From: Octopus bimaculoides
Taxonomy: Eukaryota
Reading direction: 5' to 3'
Assembly: GCF_001194135.2 (NCBI RefSeq)
Contig: NC_068983.1
Coordinates: forward strand, 94,052,763 to 94,090,441
DNA: 37,679 bases
Part shown: one piece after another, positions 20,162 to 33,270 of the stretch
Layout of the letters: every line of letters begins with the position of its first letter
Numbering within the stretch: position 1 is the first letter of the stretch
Position numbers and translations under genes: made by a program
Notes under the pieces: generated by a model
Database searches by the model: none
What the model was told of the DNA's origin: nothing
What the model saw: the letters and a program-made list of their open reading frames with translations, nothing else

Positions 20162-22080
20162 CTGTGTCCCTGTCTCAGACCTCCCTTGCTGGTACCAGAT
20201 AGAAAGCTAAACCAGAACATCTGGTACCAGTTCAATTAGATGGTTACCATAGAAATTAAAACTACCTCAATTGATCCTTAATTACCAAGATAACCATGAA
20301 CTGGAGGAATAACCAAAACTGATATAAACATACGTTTTTGATCACGAAAATAAACATGATTAGATAATTTTGTTTTAAATAAGTTTCACTAAATTAATTA
20401 TTTTATTATTGGTATTTTATTATCCTCAGGTTTTTATTGATCTTCTTCAATAGAAATTGATAAATTTTGTTTGTTTTTTTAACTAACTTTTCAGTAATTT
20501 TTCTATCAAAATTATTTATCAGTTTTCTTCTGTTGTGTTGCAAAATGTTTTTTTATACTACTTATATTGTACTAATACTAACTACTACTACTACTGCAAC
20601 CACTACCAAAAATAATAATAATAATAATGATGACGACGACGACAATATAAATAATGTGTTTTTTCCATTTTAAAAATATTCCAATATTATGTTTTTAAAT
20701 AATTGATAATATATATATACTGAAGATGATAAACTAGTCAATTTCTTTCTGAATTTTTGTTTACTATGTATTTATTCTAAATGCCAAAGTAAAATACATT
20801 TGCTTTGAAAAATAATTTAGGTCTGCAATTAGCTTTACTTAAAGAAGAGAGAGGGAAATAATATAAAAAATATATTAGTAAAATGCTTTCCTGTTTTCCT
20901 TCATTAATATATTTATCAGAACTCCTTTAATGTTATTTCGATCTAATCTGCCATTAATTTATCATTAAAGGTAATCTAATTTAATCTTTGATCTTCTACC
21001 TGTTCAATAAACAAGTTTAAATTGTAATGTCATCAAACAGCTCAGTTGAATAAAACTCCAATTCTGCTGTTGTAGCCATTTTCTTATTTCCTTTTAGAAC
21101 TTTCTGAAAAATTCCAGATTACATCATCTTTTGAAACTACATCATTAAGCTGTAATATACCTTTATAGATTTGTTCCTGCTTCCTGCTGGAACCTATCTT
21201 GACTATTTCAGATATTTGTAGAATGACAAATTTTTTTCAGAATATAATCAATACCAAGATATTTCTCGAGAAATTATTTCTTTTTTATCATATACAGTTA
21301 AGACTAAAATTACTTACCAAATATCTGAAAACATATATAATCATTAAGCTAGCATCTCATTAAAAATAACTTTAGGATAGCTAAAATGTATCTAGCCTCA
21401 GTTCTGTTTTGTTCTCCCCCCCCACACACACACACACACACTTCCTTCTGCATGGCAGCATATATAATTGAAATTCTTTCCTGTGTTATTCCATCTGTCT
21501 TTCATTTTAGCTGATGGCTATTTGTGTCCAAACAGGTGTATGTTTCTCTTTTACGTCTGTTGTAAGAAACAGCAAACAATTAAATCATAATCCCTGCCAT
21601 TTTCTACTACCTCACCATTGATCTCAGTTTTTTTTTTTTTCATATTCTAGTATTAGTTAAGTGCATTACCAAAGACGCCAGCCTCCCCCTTTCATACATG
21701 CACACATACTTACACATCTCACACATATACAAATACACACAAATATATATATATATATATAAAAAGACACACACTCACCCCATAAACCTATGCACCAACG
21801 TACACAGACACACACACATACACACATATTCATTTACACACAAACACACATGTACACAGACACACACATAGTGAGAATGAATAAACATAGAGTGTAAATT
21901 TATTGTTATTGTCTGCTTAATAAAAAGAAATTTTATGTTTCTTCCAATTAAAAGACCCCCTGCAGATCTGAAATTGATAAACCTCTGAGGGAGCTAGTAC
22001 TTTTTTAAACTGCATTAAGTTGTTTTTATTCTTATCACTGTCATTGTTGTTGTTGTTGTTATTATTATTGCTATTATTAA

Positions 22081-22283
22081 GGTATTGAGCTGGCAGAACT
22101 GTTAGCATGTCAAATAAAATGCTTAGCAGTAATTCTGTGTTTTCAACATTCTGAGTTCAAATTCTCCCAAAATTGATTTTTGCTTTTCAGTGTCAATAAA
22201 ATAAGTACTAGTCAAGTACTGGAGTTGATGTAATCAACTTTTCCCACCCCTCAATTGCTGGCCTTGTATCAAAAATTGAAAAG
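22081..22283 (+). mobile_element. SINE family A copy, full length, plus orientation, with (ATT)n on both sides
   Basis: A-box GAGCTGGCAGAACTGTTAGC and B-box GAGTTCAAATTC. Ends GCTGGCCTTGTATCAAAAATTGAAAAG-(ATT)n. Confidence 0.85.
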
Positions 22284-22783
22284 ATTATTATTATTTTTAT
22301 TACTACTATTGCTACTACTGCTACTCAGTAGTTCTATTTTTACTTTTACTTTCTCTGTACATCTTGAGTATTTGCAGTGTTTTGGTTTTCTGTTGTGTTA
22401 ATTACTCTTTATAAGATGTGTGTTCTACCTGGTGGTGTTGTTTTCTGTATGCTGTGTACGTAAGTCTTGGTATTTATCTGTAAGTATTTTTAACCCTTCC
22501 CAGGGCACTTATTATTGTACAAGTTGTCCTATTTTCAGTTCTCACATTCTAGTTACCTTTGTTTCTAGATATTTTATATTTGGATATTTTCTCCACTTCA
22601 TTTAGTGATATTTTTTGTCTGCTGGGACTGAAGTTTTGAATAGGAGGCACTTCTTTTCCTGGTAGTCCTTAACAAAACAATATTGGACTGATGAACCTTA
22701 ATCTCCCTATGTTGAAGGATTGGCATATCACAGAGTATGGTAGCTTTCTATATGTTTATACTGCCTCTTAATAATAATAATAA

Positions 22784-24392
22784 AACTCAGTAACTGCACT
22801 CTTGGATGCTGAGGACACTAAATACATAAAGCAGCTCCAATACTAACAACCTATGTCAACCAAGCAATGCCAAAATGAATGAAAACAACCATATCACTAA
22901 AAGGCAAGGAGAAGATAATTGAAACCACCCCTATTCCCATAAGAAGAGAAAACCTCTTATGAAATCTTCTTCAGGAGATTCCTTTTCTCCTGTAATATTC
23001 TGCTTAGTTCTGCTTTCATTAACAAACATGCTAACTGAAACATCACATCCAAAGCTGATACAGATAGCATTTTCTTACCCTGTAGTTAAGGAAATGGATC
23101 TAATACAAATAGAAAAAATCTACTTCAGAGTAAAACTGATGGGACTAGTAAAATACTAAGAAACTATCAAAGCTACCAAAAAGAAATTGATTTGTGTAAT
23201 AAGGAAACAAAGAAAATATAAACTTTTATATATAAGGAAACAAAAAAGTACTAATTACCAAACCATTACTAAATAAAAAGATTTAGATAAAACAATAAAA
23301 AAGGTTGTAAGGGAAAAAGTCAAACAGAATTTTAAAAATATTCTGAAGAAGAAAATATAACCATAAAAACAATTCATGGTCAACACCTCACAAGACTTGA
23401 CAAAAGAGAAGTAAGCCAGAGTGGAAAGTCAAAAACAGAAATTACCTACCCACAAATAATTATGTTAACATAATAATGAAGAAAGATGTTAACATCAAGT
23501 CAAGGCTATTCAATCAATACAAGTTCATTGACCACATCATCTGTGGTGCCCAGTTCTTGCCAAGTCATGGTATATTCATTGATACAATCAAGTCAGCAGC
23601 TTTGTATACTGTGTAATATGCAAACAGTTTGATATGAAAATGGATTAAACATGTTACATAACAATTTGATCACAATCATTTGAAATATGCTTGTCTAGAC
23701 TGACAAGATGTTTGAAGAAAACTGTCCAAACACAATTATCTAGGACTGGAGCAAAAATGCCTGTTTTCTGATATCTCAGTCCCTTCTGACCAAAACATTA
23801 TCTGAAAAGAGGGTGAGAAAATGTCACAATACAAGGGGCTTGAAAATGAAACAAGTAGGACGTAGGGCATGAAAGTGAAAACAATAATAATAGTTGGAGA
23901 CTAGACATGATAAACAAAAAATATGAACAGAAACATACAAATGATACCAGAACTCATTGCTTTACACACTGTCTAAAGATAGTCCTGCTAGACACAGCTC
24001 ATAAATTATGCAAGACACTTTCAGTTCACAACTCAAGTAGGACACAAAATGTACTCTATGCAATCATTACTGAATATAACAATATAGCTCACACAACACA
24101 AGATCTACATGATCACCAGCCAATAGAATAATGCAAAACACACTCTTACATAATCAATACTCAACACTATAATACAACTCATAGTTACTCTACACAACAG
24201 ACAAAACACTAATGCAACACCAGAAACAACTGTATTAATCTCACAACGAAGAAAACCTGATGTATTATATAAACACTATTCTACATTTCCAGAAGACAAT
24301 GCTGCACACACCTCAGGAACATTGGCAGTATACCTGATAGTGCAGCAGAAATTTGCATTAAAATGTTGAGATAATAATAACAACAACAACAA
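22784..24392 (+). mobile_element. 5'-truncated, decayed R4/Dong-like non-LTR retrotransposon (RT, zinc knuckle, RLE, 3' UTR, (TAA)(CAA) tail)
   Basis: Colinear motifs with frameshifts: HSWMLRTL, IETTPIPIRR, GDSFSPVIFCLVL (RT QGDSLSP motif), DHII.G.PVLAK (CCHC knuckle region), TDK..EENCPNTII..ISVPSDQNI..KEGEKMSQYKGLE (PD-(D/E)xK-type RLE), and KIVLLDTAHKLCKTLS. Confidence 0.8.
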
Positions 24393-24529
24393 TATTGTTA
24401 AAAAATGTTTAATTAGATATCTAGCCTTAGATATAAATGAGAAGTGGTGATATCATGCCTTTCACAAAGACAAATGTAGAACTGGAAATTGAAACAGATT
24501 GACAGATTCCACTCAGAATTTATCAATAC

Positions 24530-24755
24530 ACTATTATAGTGTCTACTCCTCAAACAACTACAACAATACAGAAAACAAAACAAACCCTGATTATAGATGT
24601 AACACAAAACTAGCTTCCCATTTCCCAAAATGACAATGCTGCATACACTTTACTAACACAGAATTGCAGCTGATATTGCAGTAAAAACTTACATGAAATT
24701 ACTGAAAATACATAATAGTAATTTCTTTGGAATAATAATAATAATAATGATGATG

Positions 24756-24830
<75 letters not shown>
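24530..24830 (+). mobile_element. Second, diverged copy of the R4-like 3' UTR followed by a ~100-bp (TAA)n tail
   Basis: Shares GACAATGCTGCA.ACAC and CTGATA.TGCAG with 24295-24345. (TAA)n runs 24732-24830. Confidence 0.55.
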
Positions 24831-25814
24831 GTGTGTCTACTTAACAATCATAGATATATACATTAGTAAAACATATCTGAAATACTGAACCACTCTGAAT
24901 TTTAAAAAAATAATAAATTTTATATTCTAATCTACCAATTCCAAAATAAAGTAAAATAGATATGTTTCTTACTATCATATCAATATTGTTAGAAGCTTTC
25001 AAAATTATCAAGTTATCTGGCTAAAATATTGGCAAACTTACTAATTATATTTTATATCATTCATAAATATTATTTTTTTTATTGACTAACTAAAACCTCA
25101 TTGCTTTGATATGATCTCAGAGACAGATTATTTTTAACTAATGAAATGTTGTCTAGAAAATATTTTATAGTAAATAAACTACAAGTTTGTTGTTTCATCA
25201 TCATTGTTGTTGTTGGTATTGACATAAGGTTGGGAGGGTGCACCAACCATTTGAATTAATTACTTAGGTGTGGCTGTGAAAAGTTAGATGTTCCTTTTTC
25301 TTTTCTCTATTCTGACATCACAGATAAATGATAGATAACGAAAGTGTTAACCAGTTTCCTCTGCTAGATTCATTTATATTATAAATTTATTTCCATCAAC
25401 TTAAGTTATATTCAGAAATAAAAATGGCTGGCCATTTATTCTGATCATGAGTACAAGATTTTAAACAATTTAATCCTTTTTATATTAATCCTTGTATCAA
25501 CCCACCGGAGACTACCTGTTTCTATGATACAAAAACCACCTTTTTAAAATGATTATATTTATATTAAATCTTCCATTATAATTTTATGTAGGAACATGTT
25601 TGCTAAGTTGTTTCCAAGCATCAGATTAACAATGACTTTTTCTTAATTTATTAATTCCCTCCACATTCTTGGATTATTTTCAAAACTGATTGAAACATAC
25701 GTTGTATTATTAGAAATATTATAACAAAAGTGTTCAGTTTCACATTAGCTATGAAACCAAAGGTGCTAGATTCCATACCCAATTAAAAGAAAAATGAAAA
25801 TGTCCTTTAGAATT

Positions 25815-25990
25815 GTTGTTGTTATTGTTTAGCCCTAGGTTGGTCCTGAATGAGCAGATCTATGATCAAAGCTATCTTATCTGTAATCATATAATCCATT
25901 TTTGGACTTTGTAGGACTTCATAATCAAATACGTAGTGAGATTTGATGGAGATTTGGTCATTATTTCTCACAGGTTAACCAAATACATAG
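25815..25990. mobile_element. Interspersed repeat family E copy
   Basis: GTTTAGCCCTAGGTTGGTCCTGAATGAGCAGATCTATGATCAAAG..GATTTGATGGAGATTTGG..TTATTTCT. Confidence 0.45.
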
Positions 25991-27362
25991 GCTCATTCTT
26001 TATTTAGACTGTTATAAATTTGGTAAAAACTAAGAGTCAATGTGAAATCAAAGAGTTAGAAAAATATAATATAGCTAAAGTTTAGAAAATACATTAATTG
26101 ATAAAAAGACATTCAATAGTTGAAGTGCACACACAGACAATAACAGCCAATATCAAAACATTAGAAAATAGCTAAGAAATTATCGGATACTTGATTGTTT
26201 TTTCCTTTTCAAATGGTTTTTAATCATTTTTAACGATTCTATCGATTTTCTTTTGTTTTTTTCTTCAAGTCTAGTCTCTTTTCTTCATTGAAGAATGAAA
26301 CAGTAGTGAGGTAGATTATCCTATAATCACTGATTTCTTGTGAAGTCTTTTATTTCCTTCTCATTTGCTTTTTTTTTTTTTTTTGAGGTGGGGTGGCAGG
26401 TGATGGGCGTAAAATCCTCAAATGGAAAATATAGGAGATTATCTTATTGTAAACTATGAGAAAAGCTTGGAAATGTGATAAATGTTAGACTTATTTTTGC
26501 TATATTTTCTTTTGCTACTTTGTGATTTTTTTTTTTTTGCATTTTTTAAAATATTTTTTCAGTGCATGTTTCAGAAATATTTATAATTGAAGTGTATGCT
26601 GTCTGTTTTGAAATAAATAAAAAGGAATGTTATAATTTTGCTTTTTAATGTCCCTGAATCAATCCTGTATGATTATTTGATGCCTTAGCTTACAGATGAA
26701 GCTGTGTTTCTAATTTTTATCTTCACAAGCTTTAATATAATATATATATATTAACAAATTGTTCAAATGTAAATTTCTGTGTAAAAGCACATGTTTATAA
26801 AAAAAATATTGACTGCGCAAATTTCTGTTGTTTGACTTGATTCCCTTTTCTTAATCTGTGTTTATTAACCCTGTTTATCATTAACTGAGTTGTTAACAAT
26901 CAAGACTACTAAGTGTTTCATAAATCTCACTTTTATAACCTTGCAATTCTTTTATACAATTCACATCTCTATCATAGAGAAAACTGACTGTTGTTTGCCT
27001 AGCAAAGAAAGAAGCAAAAAAGAGGTTTGCACATATTATGCAATGTGAGGATCAGAAGCATGAAGTATTCCACTGACTTTGAGAAGAAAGGGACATTGAA
27101 ATGCTACTACAAGAGATTATTGAATGAAAAGAATTTGAGGAAGAGAGGGGGTGGAGAATTGTTTCTAAATAATAATGGTTTCATAAATGGACAGAGCCAG
27201 AAGTTGGAGCATAGCTGATTAAATCATTCCCAGTATCAGTATCTATTTTCGTGCTAGATGAGGAAAGGCAAAAATCAACCACTAAGTATGAAGAGACATA
27301 ACTAAATACCACAAGGTCATTTGTCTAACACTCCACCTTACCTGTTCTCCACTAGCATAATA

Positions 27363-27564
27363 ATATTAACTTCAAATTTTAGTCACAAGTGCAGATTAAG
27401 TCAATTGCATCTGCCCAACTGTGTAACTGATACTTATTTAATCGACCCTGAAAGGGTGAAAGGCAAAGTTGACCTCAGTGGAATTTGAACTGAGAACATA
27501 AAGACAGACAAAATACCACAAAGCATTTTGCCTGGCATGCTAATGGCTCTGTCTGTTCGCCATC
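27363..27564 (-). mobile_element. SINE family A copy, followed by two more partial copies (about 27620-27750 and 27770-27900)
   Basis: TACTTATTTAATCGACCCTGAAAGGGTGAAAGGCAAAGTTGACCTCAGTGGAATTTGAACTGAGAACATAAAGACAGAC. Confidence 0.85.
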
Positions 27565-28595
27565 TTTATTATAAGAAGAACAATTGTTTTAAAAAAACAC
27601 AAGGCATACTGCAAATTTGTAGTGAGTGAATCGATGAATATTTTCTGGTACTTATTTAAATGACCTTGGATGGATATAAAATCATAGTAAAGCAACCTAA
27701 TATCACAAAAGTGTTTTGTCTGATGCTCCATTGATTCTGCCATTCACTCCCCTTATAATTTCTAACATTGATACAGGATCAAAAATTTTCAAGGAGATTA
27801 GAGTCAATTAAATCAACCCCAGTACTGACTTGATACTTATTTTGGTGAGCCTTGAAGTTTAAAAGACAAAGTTGATGTCAGCCAAATTTGAACATTGCCC
27901 TTTTGCAGAAACATTATTGAGTTGTAAGGAAAAAAGAAAAAGCAAAATACATAGCTGATATGAAGTGAAACGTCTTTGTAAAGGAATTGAAACAACATTG
28001 CAATTGTGGCTTGTCAGGATTTATTGCTTTACTGTACACAGTTTGCCATTATAGGAACCAATATCTAGAACTTCCTTAGAAAAAAAAAAGAATAGTTTTG
28101 TGTAAGTCTTATATTTATTGCAAAACACAAAATGAGTGACACTGTGATCGTTATTCATCTTAATCTCGTTAATTCAGTCTTCCTACAAGAAAGCTTAAAG
28201 CAAGAATTTGGTTGATCCAATTTTTGAAAGTTTGTTTTTTTCTTTATGTTTGATGTGTTTAACAAGCATCATTGTATTAGACAGTCAGAAGTTTATTTCT
28301 TTTGAAGTTTTCACAGAGTTTGTTTGGAATAATATCTTTCTTTTATGTTGCAATGGTAGAAGCAAGAAGGAAGAGAGATTTTTAAAGTTGACAGTCATTC
28401 AAGCTACAAAATAAGGAACAAAAAATAACAGAGATGTAATCTAGAAATCATTATGTGTTTTTGTGAGTGTATGTCAATGTGGGTTTGTGGCAGTGTGGAT
28501 ACAAACACATCAATGGTTTCTGCATGTGTCCATGAATGTGTTTATAACTACTATGGCTTTTTTCCACTCTCCCTTTCAGTCTCACTCCATTTACT

Positions 28596-28727
<132 letters not shown>

Positions 28728-29225
28728 CAGGATAGAATTTATTAGTTTAATTTGAAATATCTGTAATTTTATGTCTAAAATAATTGTGCAAATCTTGCTT
28801 TACTTAAAACCTTTTCCAAGTTAAAAAGAATGTGGACTTTTCTCTCTCCTTTTTTTTTTCCATGAAATTACTTCTAGAAGGAGGCATATACCCTTTTAAC
28901 ACTGATCGACTTCAGAAGATATTTTAACTTAGATATTCAGCTAACAAATAGTTTGTTCTAAATTGAATAGAAATAAATTGCAACAGAAAACTTATTTCAA
29001 CTGCAGCAAACATCAATTTTAGCTATATCAAATGGTACATAAGTAACACTGATACAATTTACTTAACATAGTATAATTACTGCAGTGGTAAGGAGTAATG
29101 TAATATAGTCTGTAATATATTTAACAAAGGGTGGTGGAATAGTGCATTTGAGAGAACATTGTACAAAGCACCTTGTGATTTTAGTAGCATTCCTTCACAC
29201 GCTGAGTTCAAATCTCACAATAGTA

Positions 29226-29951
29226 TTGGGTCATCCTATAAATAATGTGGGTTTTTTTATACTTCTTTTAGCCTTCAAAATTTAAATAAAGTTCGTTTTT
29301 AATCTAAAATATACTCTCCTTCATTTTCTACAATGCTCTTCCATCGATTTGTAGACTTGTAAGGCCCCTCTTCCAAAATTCACTTGTCCATGATGAAAAA
29401 TACTCCTCCAGTATTGTTCTAACCTCATCTACAGAATTCATATTTGTTCAGTCCAAATGATTTTGAAGACAGTGGAATAAATAATATTCAGATGGGGCAA
29501 TGTCCAGCAGATATGGTGAGTGGGGAATCATTTCCCATTCAAACTGTTCCAGCCATTGGATTGTTATCCTCGTTGTGTGTGGTCGAGCATTATCCTGATG
29601 GAAGAACACCTTTCATCCTGAAACCAAAGATGGTCATTTTCCTTCTAGCACTGATTTAAGCCACTCAAGCTGCTCACAGTAATATTCCTCACACTTTCCA
29701 TTGTGTTCTTGCCTTTATTTAACTCATAAAGCAAAATATACCGAATATGCTCCTTTGTCATTTCCATTATAGCTTTGAATAAATAACTGTTAAAATCAAC
29801 TGCACTCTTTCAAAGCTTGCACTAAGAATAAGTAAAAGGTAAAATTACTACCTGCTTTTATAGCAAGTTGATGCAGGTAATTTATCCCATCCCCCTCCAA
29901 CTTTTAGTTCATGCAATTGAAAAAAAACACATTATTTATGGGATGAACCAC
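29226..29951 (-). mobile_element. Internally deleted mariner transposon (726 bp) with both TIRs and TA target duplication
   Basis: TA|TTGGGTCATCCTATAAATAATGTG on the left and CACATTATTTATGGGATGAACCAC|TA on the right. The minus strand reads MEMTKEHIRYILLYELNKGKNTMESVRNI joined to YCEQLEWLK..HQDNARPH..SPYLLDIAPSEYYLF..EGEYILD*. Confidence 0.92.
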
Positions 29952-31009
29952 TATCTTGTTTTTTATTCTTCTGGGGTTGATAAAATAACTAATTGCCAAA
30001 TAAATAGTTGGATACAACTGACTGTTCCCCTCCCCTAAAATGTATGAACATGTGCTTTTATTAAATATCAACGCATTAAGTAACAAAGGTAGTCGATTGA
30101 TAGAGTTCATTGAGCCTAAAAAGAAAATGCATTGTGGTATAGGTTATGTCTATATATTTTCAATTGATTGTATGATCAACTTTGATTTTTATTTTTCCAG
30201 GATCAATGATTAAGTATCAGTTTTTAATTATATAAAAGCAGAGTGACACGCACGTTATGTAGTAATATAACCCTCTGAACAGACTGAGATATGGCATATC
30301 TGGATTGTAAGACATATAGGCTATTCTAGATAAATTGATTAGCTACCTCCACACTGCAGATCAAATCAAGTAGACATATCCATAACATATGAAATAACAA
30401 TGATACTTATACAGATCAGTGGATTGCACTAAGTCATTTTACCAACTACCTTCATACAGATGAATCAGAGCTAACAGATGCAACATCGACAATTCCACAG
30501 AATAGAAAAAAAAAACAATGATCTAAACCAGATATAAAAACTGGAATTATGAGAAACTCATGATAATCAGAAATTAAGAAAATTAAGTTTGGTATTATTA
30601 TTTTGGCATAATTAATTTATCTGGCTATCACTTCAACTTGCTAAAGCAGAAAAATGTGGACCAGGCTTTTCTGTGAGAAATTGTTTGAGTCTTATTAGTA
30701 TCCTTTCCCAAGTGACAACTAGTTTTTATCTAAATGCAAAAAAAAAGTCTTTACTCTTTACGAAAGAATTAATTAACCTCAGGTCAACATAAACACAGTT
30801 TAGTCTGATTCTGCTAGAAACTGAGTTATAGCGCCAATGAGGATAGAACATTAATCTGGCTGCCATAGCATGGAATATTTCAATGTCTTTACAGTATTGT
30901 CAGTTGTGATACAGCTAATTCATTTACTTGTTTATTTTCAATTAGTTTGGTTGAAGGGGATGTACCCATGACTTTTGGAAGGTCCCTGAAACTAGTGGGA
31001 TTGAGATAT

Positions 31010-31210
31010 AATTAACATTTCTCTGGAACAGCTAGTAGCATGTCAATGTTTGTAGGCAAAACATGTGCAGAGTGAGAATTCCAAAGAGAGGAAGAAAAGC
31101 AAGTAATAATTAGTATAGGGATGCATGAGGGAGCAAAGAGAACATAGTGCAGTTGACAACAGAGAAGAGAGGTGTGTGTGCAAGGGATACTTGATTGAAG
31201 GGGGTGTGAG
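31010..31210 (-). mobile_element. Possible CR1/L2-group LINE ORF2 C-terminal fossil
   Basis: FSSSLWNSHSAHVLPTN resembles the conserved ..LWNSLP..V terminal motif. Short and degenerate. Confidence 0.3.
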
Positions 31211-31589
31211 ACCAATCAACTTTGAGAAGAAACCACTGCAGTGGTGGAAGGAGAGGCAAAGAGAGGAGACAACATGTCTGTGGCCATAAATCTATGTTAC
31301 TAAGTATATCAGTATTATCTTTTGTACTGATGTTAAGCCAAAGATGACAAAAAGTTACCTAAATTAATTATATTGTACTTCCTAGAATCAAGCAGATAAT
31401 TCAATAGACTACACTTCTCTTCAAAATACTGGCACTGAAATCAATATTTTATTAATAGCTATTTCTTTTTTCTTCAAACATCTAAAGCATAATCCAATAT
31501 CATAAATCTCTGTTATAAATGTATTTTTTTTATATATATAAACCAGAATTCTAAATCAGTGATATAAATGCATTTGTAAAACACTTTCC

Positions 31590-31870
31590 AAATAAATCAG
31601 CATTTACATAATTTTTTCTAAATCTGTATAGACTAGACAGAAAACTAAGAATTTTAAGCTTGAATTCTCAACTGAGATGGTTTCTCAGATACTTCAATAA
31701 CAAACCCTTAACAGAATTATAAAAGTATTTATAAAGTACTGTCTAAATAAATCAACATTTACATAAAGTTTTCTAAATCTGTATAGACTACAAACCAAGA
31801 ATCTTAAGCTTGAATTATTGACTGAAATAGTTTTTTTAGACTTCTATAACAAATCCTTAACAAAATTTAT
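31590..31870. repeat. Diverged tandem duplication, period ~155 bp
   Basis: AAATAAATCA.CATTTACATAA..TTTTCTAAATCTGTATAGACTA..AAGAAT.TTAAGCTTGAATT..AACAAA.CCTTAACA occurs at 31590-31720 and 31745-31870. Confidence 0.85.
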
Positions 31871-33099
31871 ACTTAAGCTAAGATTAAACCCATTTTCTTT
31901 TCTCAGTCTGACAGTTCACTAATTTACTTAAACAGAAATGTACCAATATTAAAAAGGCTAAAATAAATCCAATATTTAACATTTCTTTACTGAAATAATA
32001 AACATATGATTTGGTCTTGAAAGTTTTTCGCTTTATTCCATTTGTATTTCTATGAAATGGAAGTGCAATGATTAGAAACAGCATTATCATGACAGCAATA
32101 ACACCATGTCTATTCAATATTCTTGTGTTGAACCAAATGTATATTATTGATTTTGTAGCATATCTCACAATTTTTTTTCTTCACATTGAAAGAACCACTT
32201 AGAGAACAAATGGCTAAAACTGGTTCTAATAGCATAATTGATGACAAACAATACTTGCCTGTCAATTATAGAAACTGACTGTAAACTTGTTTTTACACAC
32301 ACTACATCAGGGACATACTTCACACAGCCATTTCCTCACATTGCTGGGAACAATCTAGAATTCTCAATATTGACATATTTTAATACAAATATGGTGATGA
32401 TATATGAATAAATGTGTGTGTGTGTGTGTGTGTGTAACAGTGGATAGCCATGTCAACACTGTATTAAACAAACAGCCAAGAAGCTGATGGTTCATATTCT
32501 GTTAATAGACACACACATATCAGGCATGTGTCATAATTAAATACTCAGGGTAGGCAGTAGACACTAGTAAAGTAAACTGTCCACAAAAGGCCTAATGCAA
32601 AGTTTCCATTGACACAGATTTGAGACTAAAGGAAAAACATTATAAATAGAAACTGGACAATAAAATATTGTAGAACAACTGTGTGTGGTAGAGTTCTGAG
32701 GTGATACGTTGCAGACACCAGAATAGATTTATTTCTAAAAACAGGTCTGGACTACCAACAATGATGCAATAGCTATGGAGGTACAGCAATGTCAACATCA
32801 GTGAAACAAAACCAAGGAAAAGACACTAAGTGTAGAGTCGACCAGTATAAAATGCAAAGTCCAGAGTATATAAAAAAAAAAACATCTTGTGTGATTTCAA
32901 ATATAAAATGATGATTTATGAAATAGGCAGAAAGACAACTTCAGCAAAACAGGATATGAATGATCTAATGAACAGGCAGATACAGAACAACCCTCAACTG
33001 AGCTGTGAATAAGTAATAAGTAAATAAGCAACTCTAGCAAAACAGGATGTGATTATGCAGTCAAAAAGTAGAAACAAATTGGCTACTAAATTAACCAAT

Positions 33100-33270
33100 G
33101 AGAAGTGGTATATACATAAGCAACAATGAAGCAAACCAATGAGGAAACAGAACAGCTAAGAAATTTGGAAATGAAACAATAACATAGACACTGCCTTAAT
33201 ATTAGAAGCCAGCTTATAAAACAATAGTCATAAACAAAACTATAAATTTGTCCCAATGCAAATGTATACA
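33100..33270 (+). mobile_element. Possible LINE APE-endonuclease N-terminal fossil
   Basis: EQLRNL followed by a frameshift to NIDTALILEASL, resembling the ..L..L....IDI.LIQETKL motif. Weak. Confidence 0.25.

Noticed and set aside
26270-26625. U-rich 3'-UTR-like stretch with AATAAA and candidate micro-exons
   Set aside because: Cannot be distinguished from background AT-rich sequence without transcript data.
29444-29659. 71-aa plus-strand ORF
   Set aside because: Antisense to the deleted mariner.
31884-32168. 94-aa minus-strand ORF with two hydrophobic stretches
   Set aside because: Composition is typical of random AT-rich ORFs (I/L/F/K/N). No motif or splice support.
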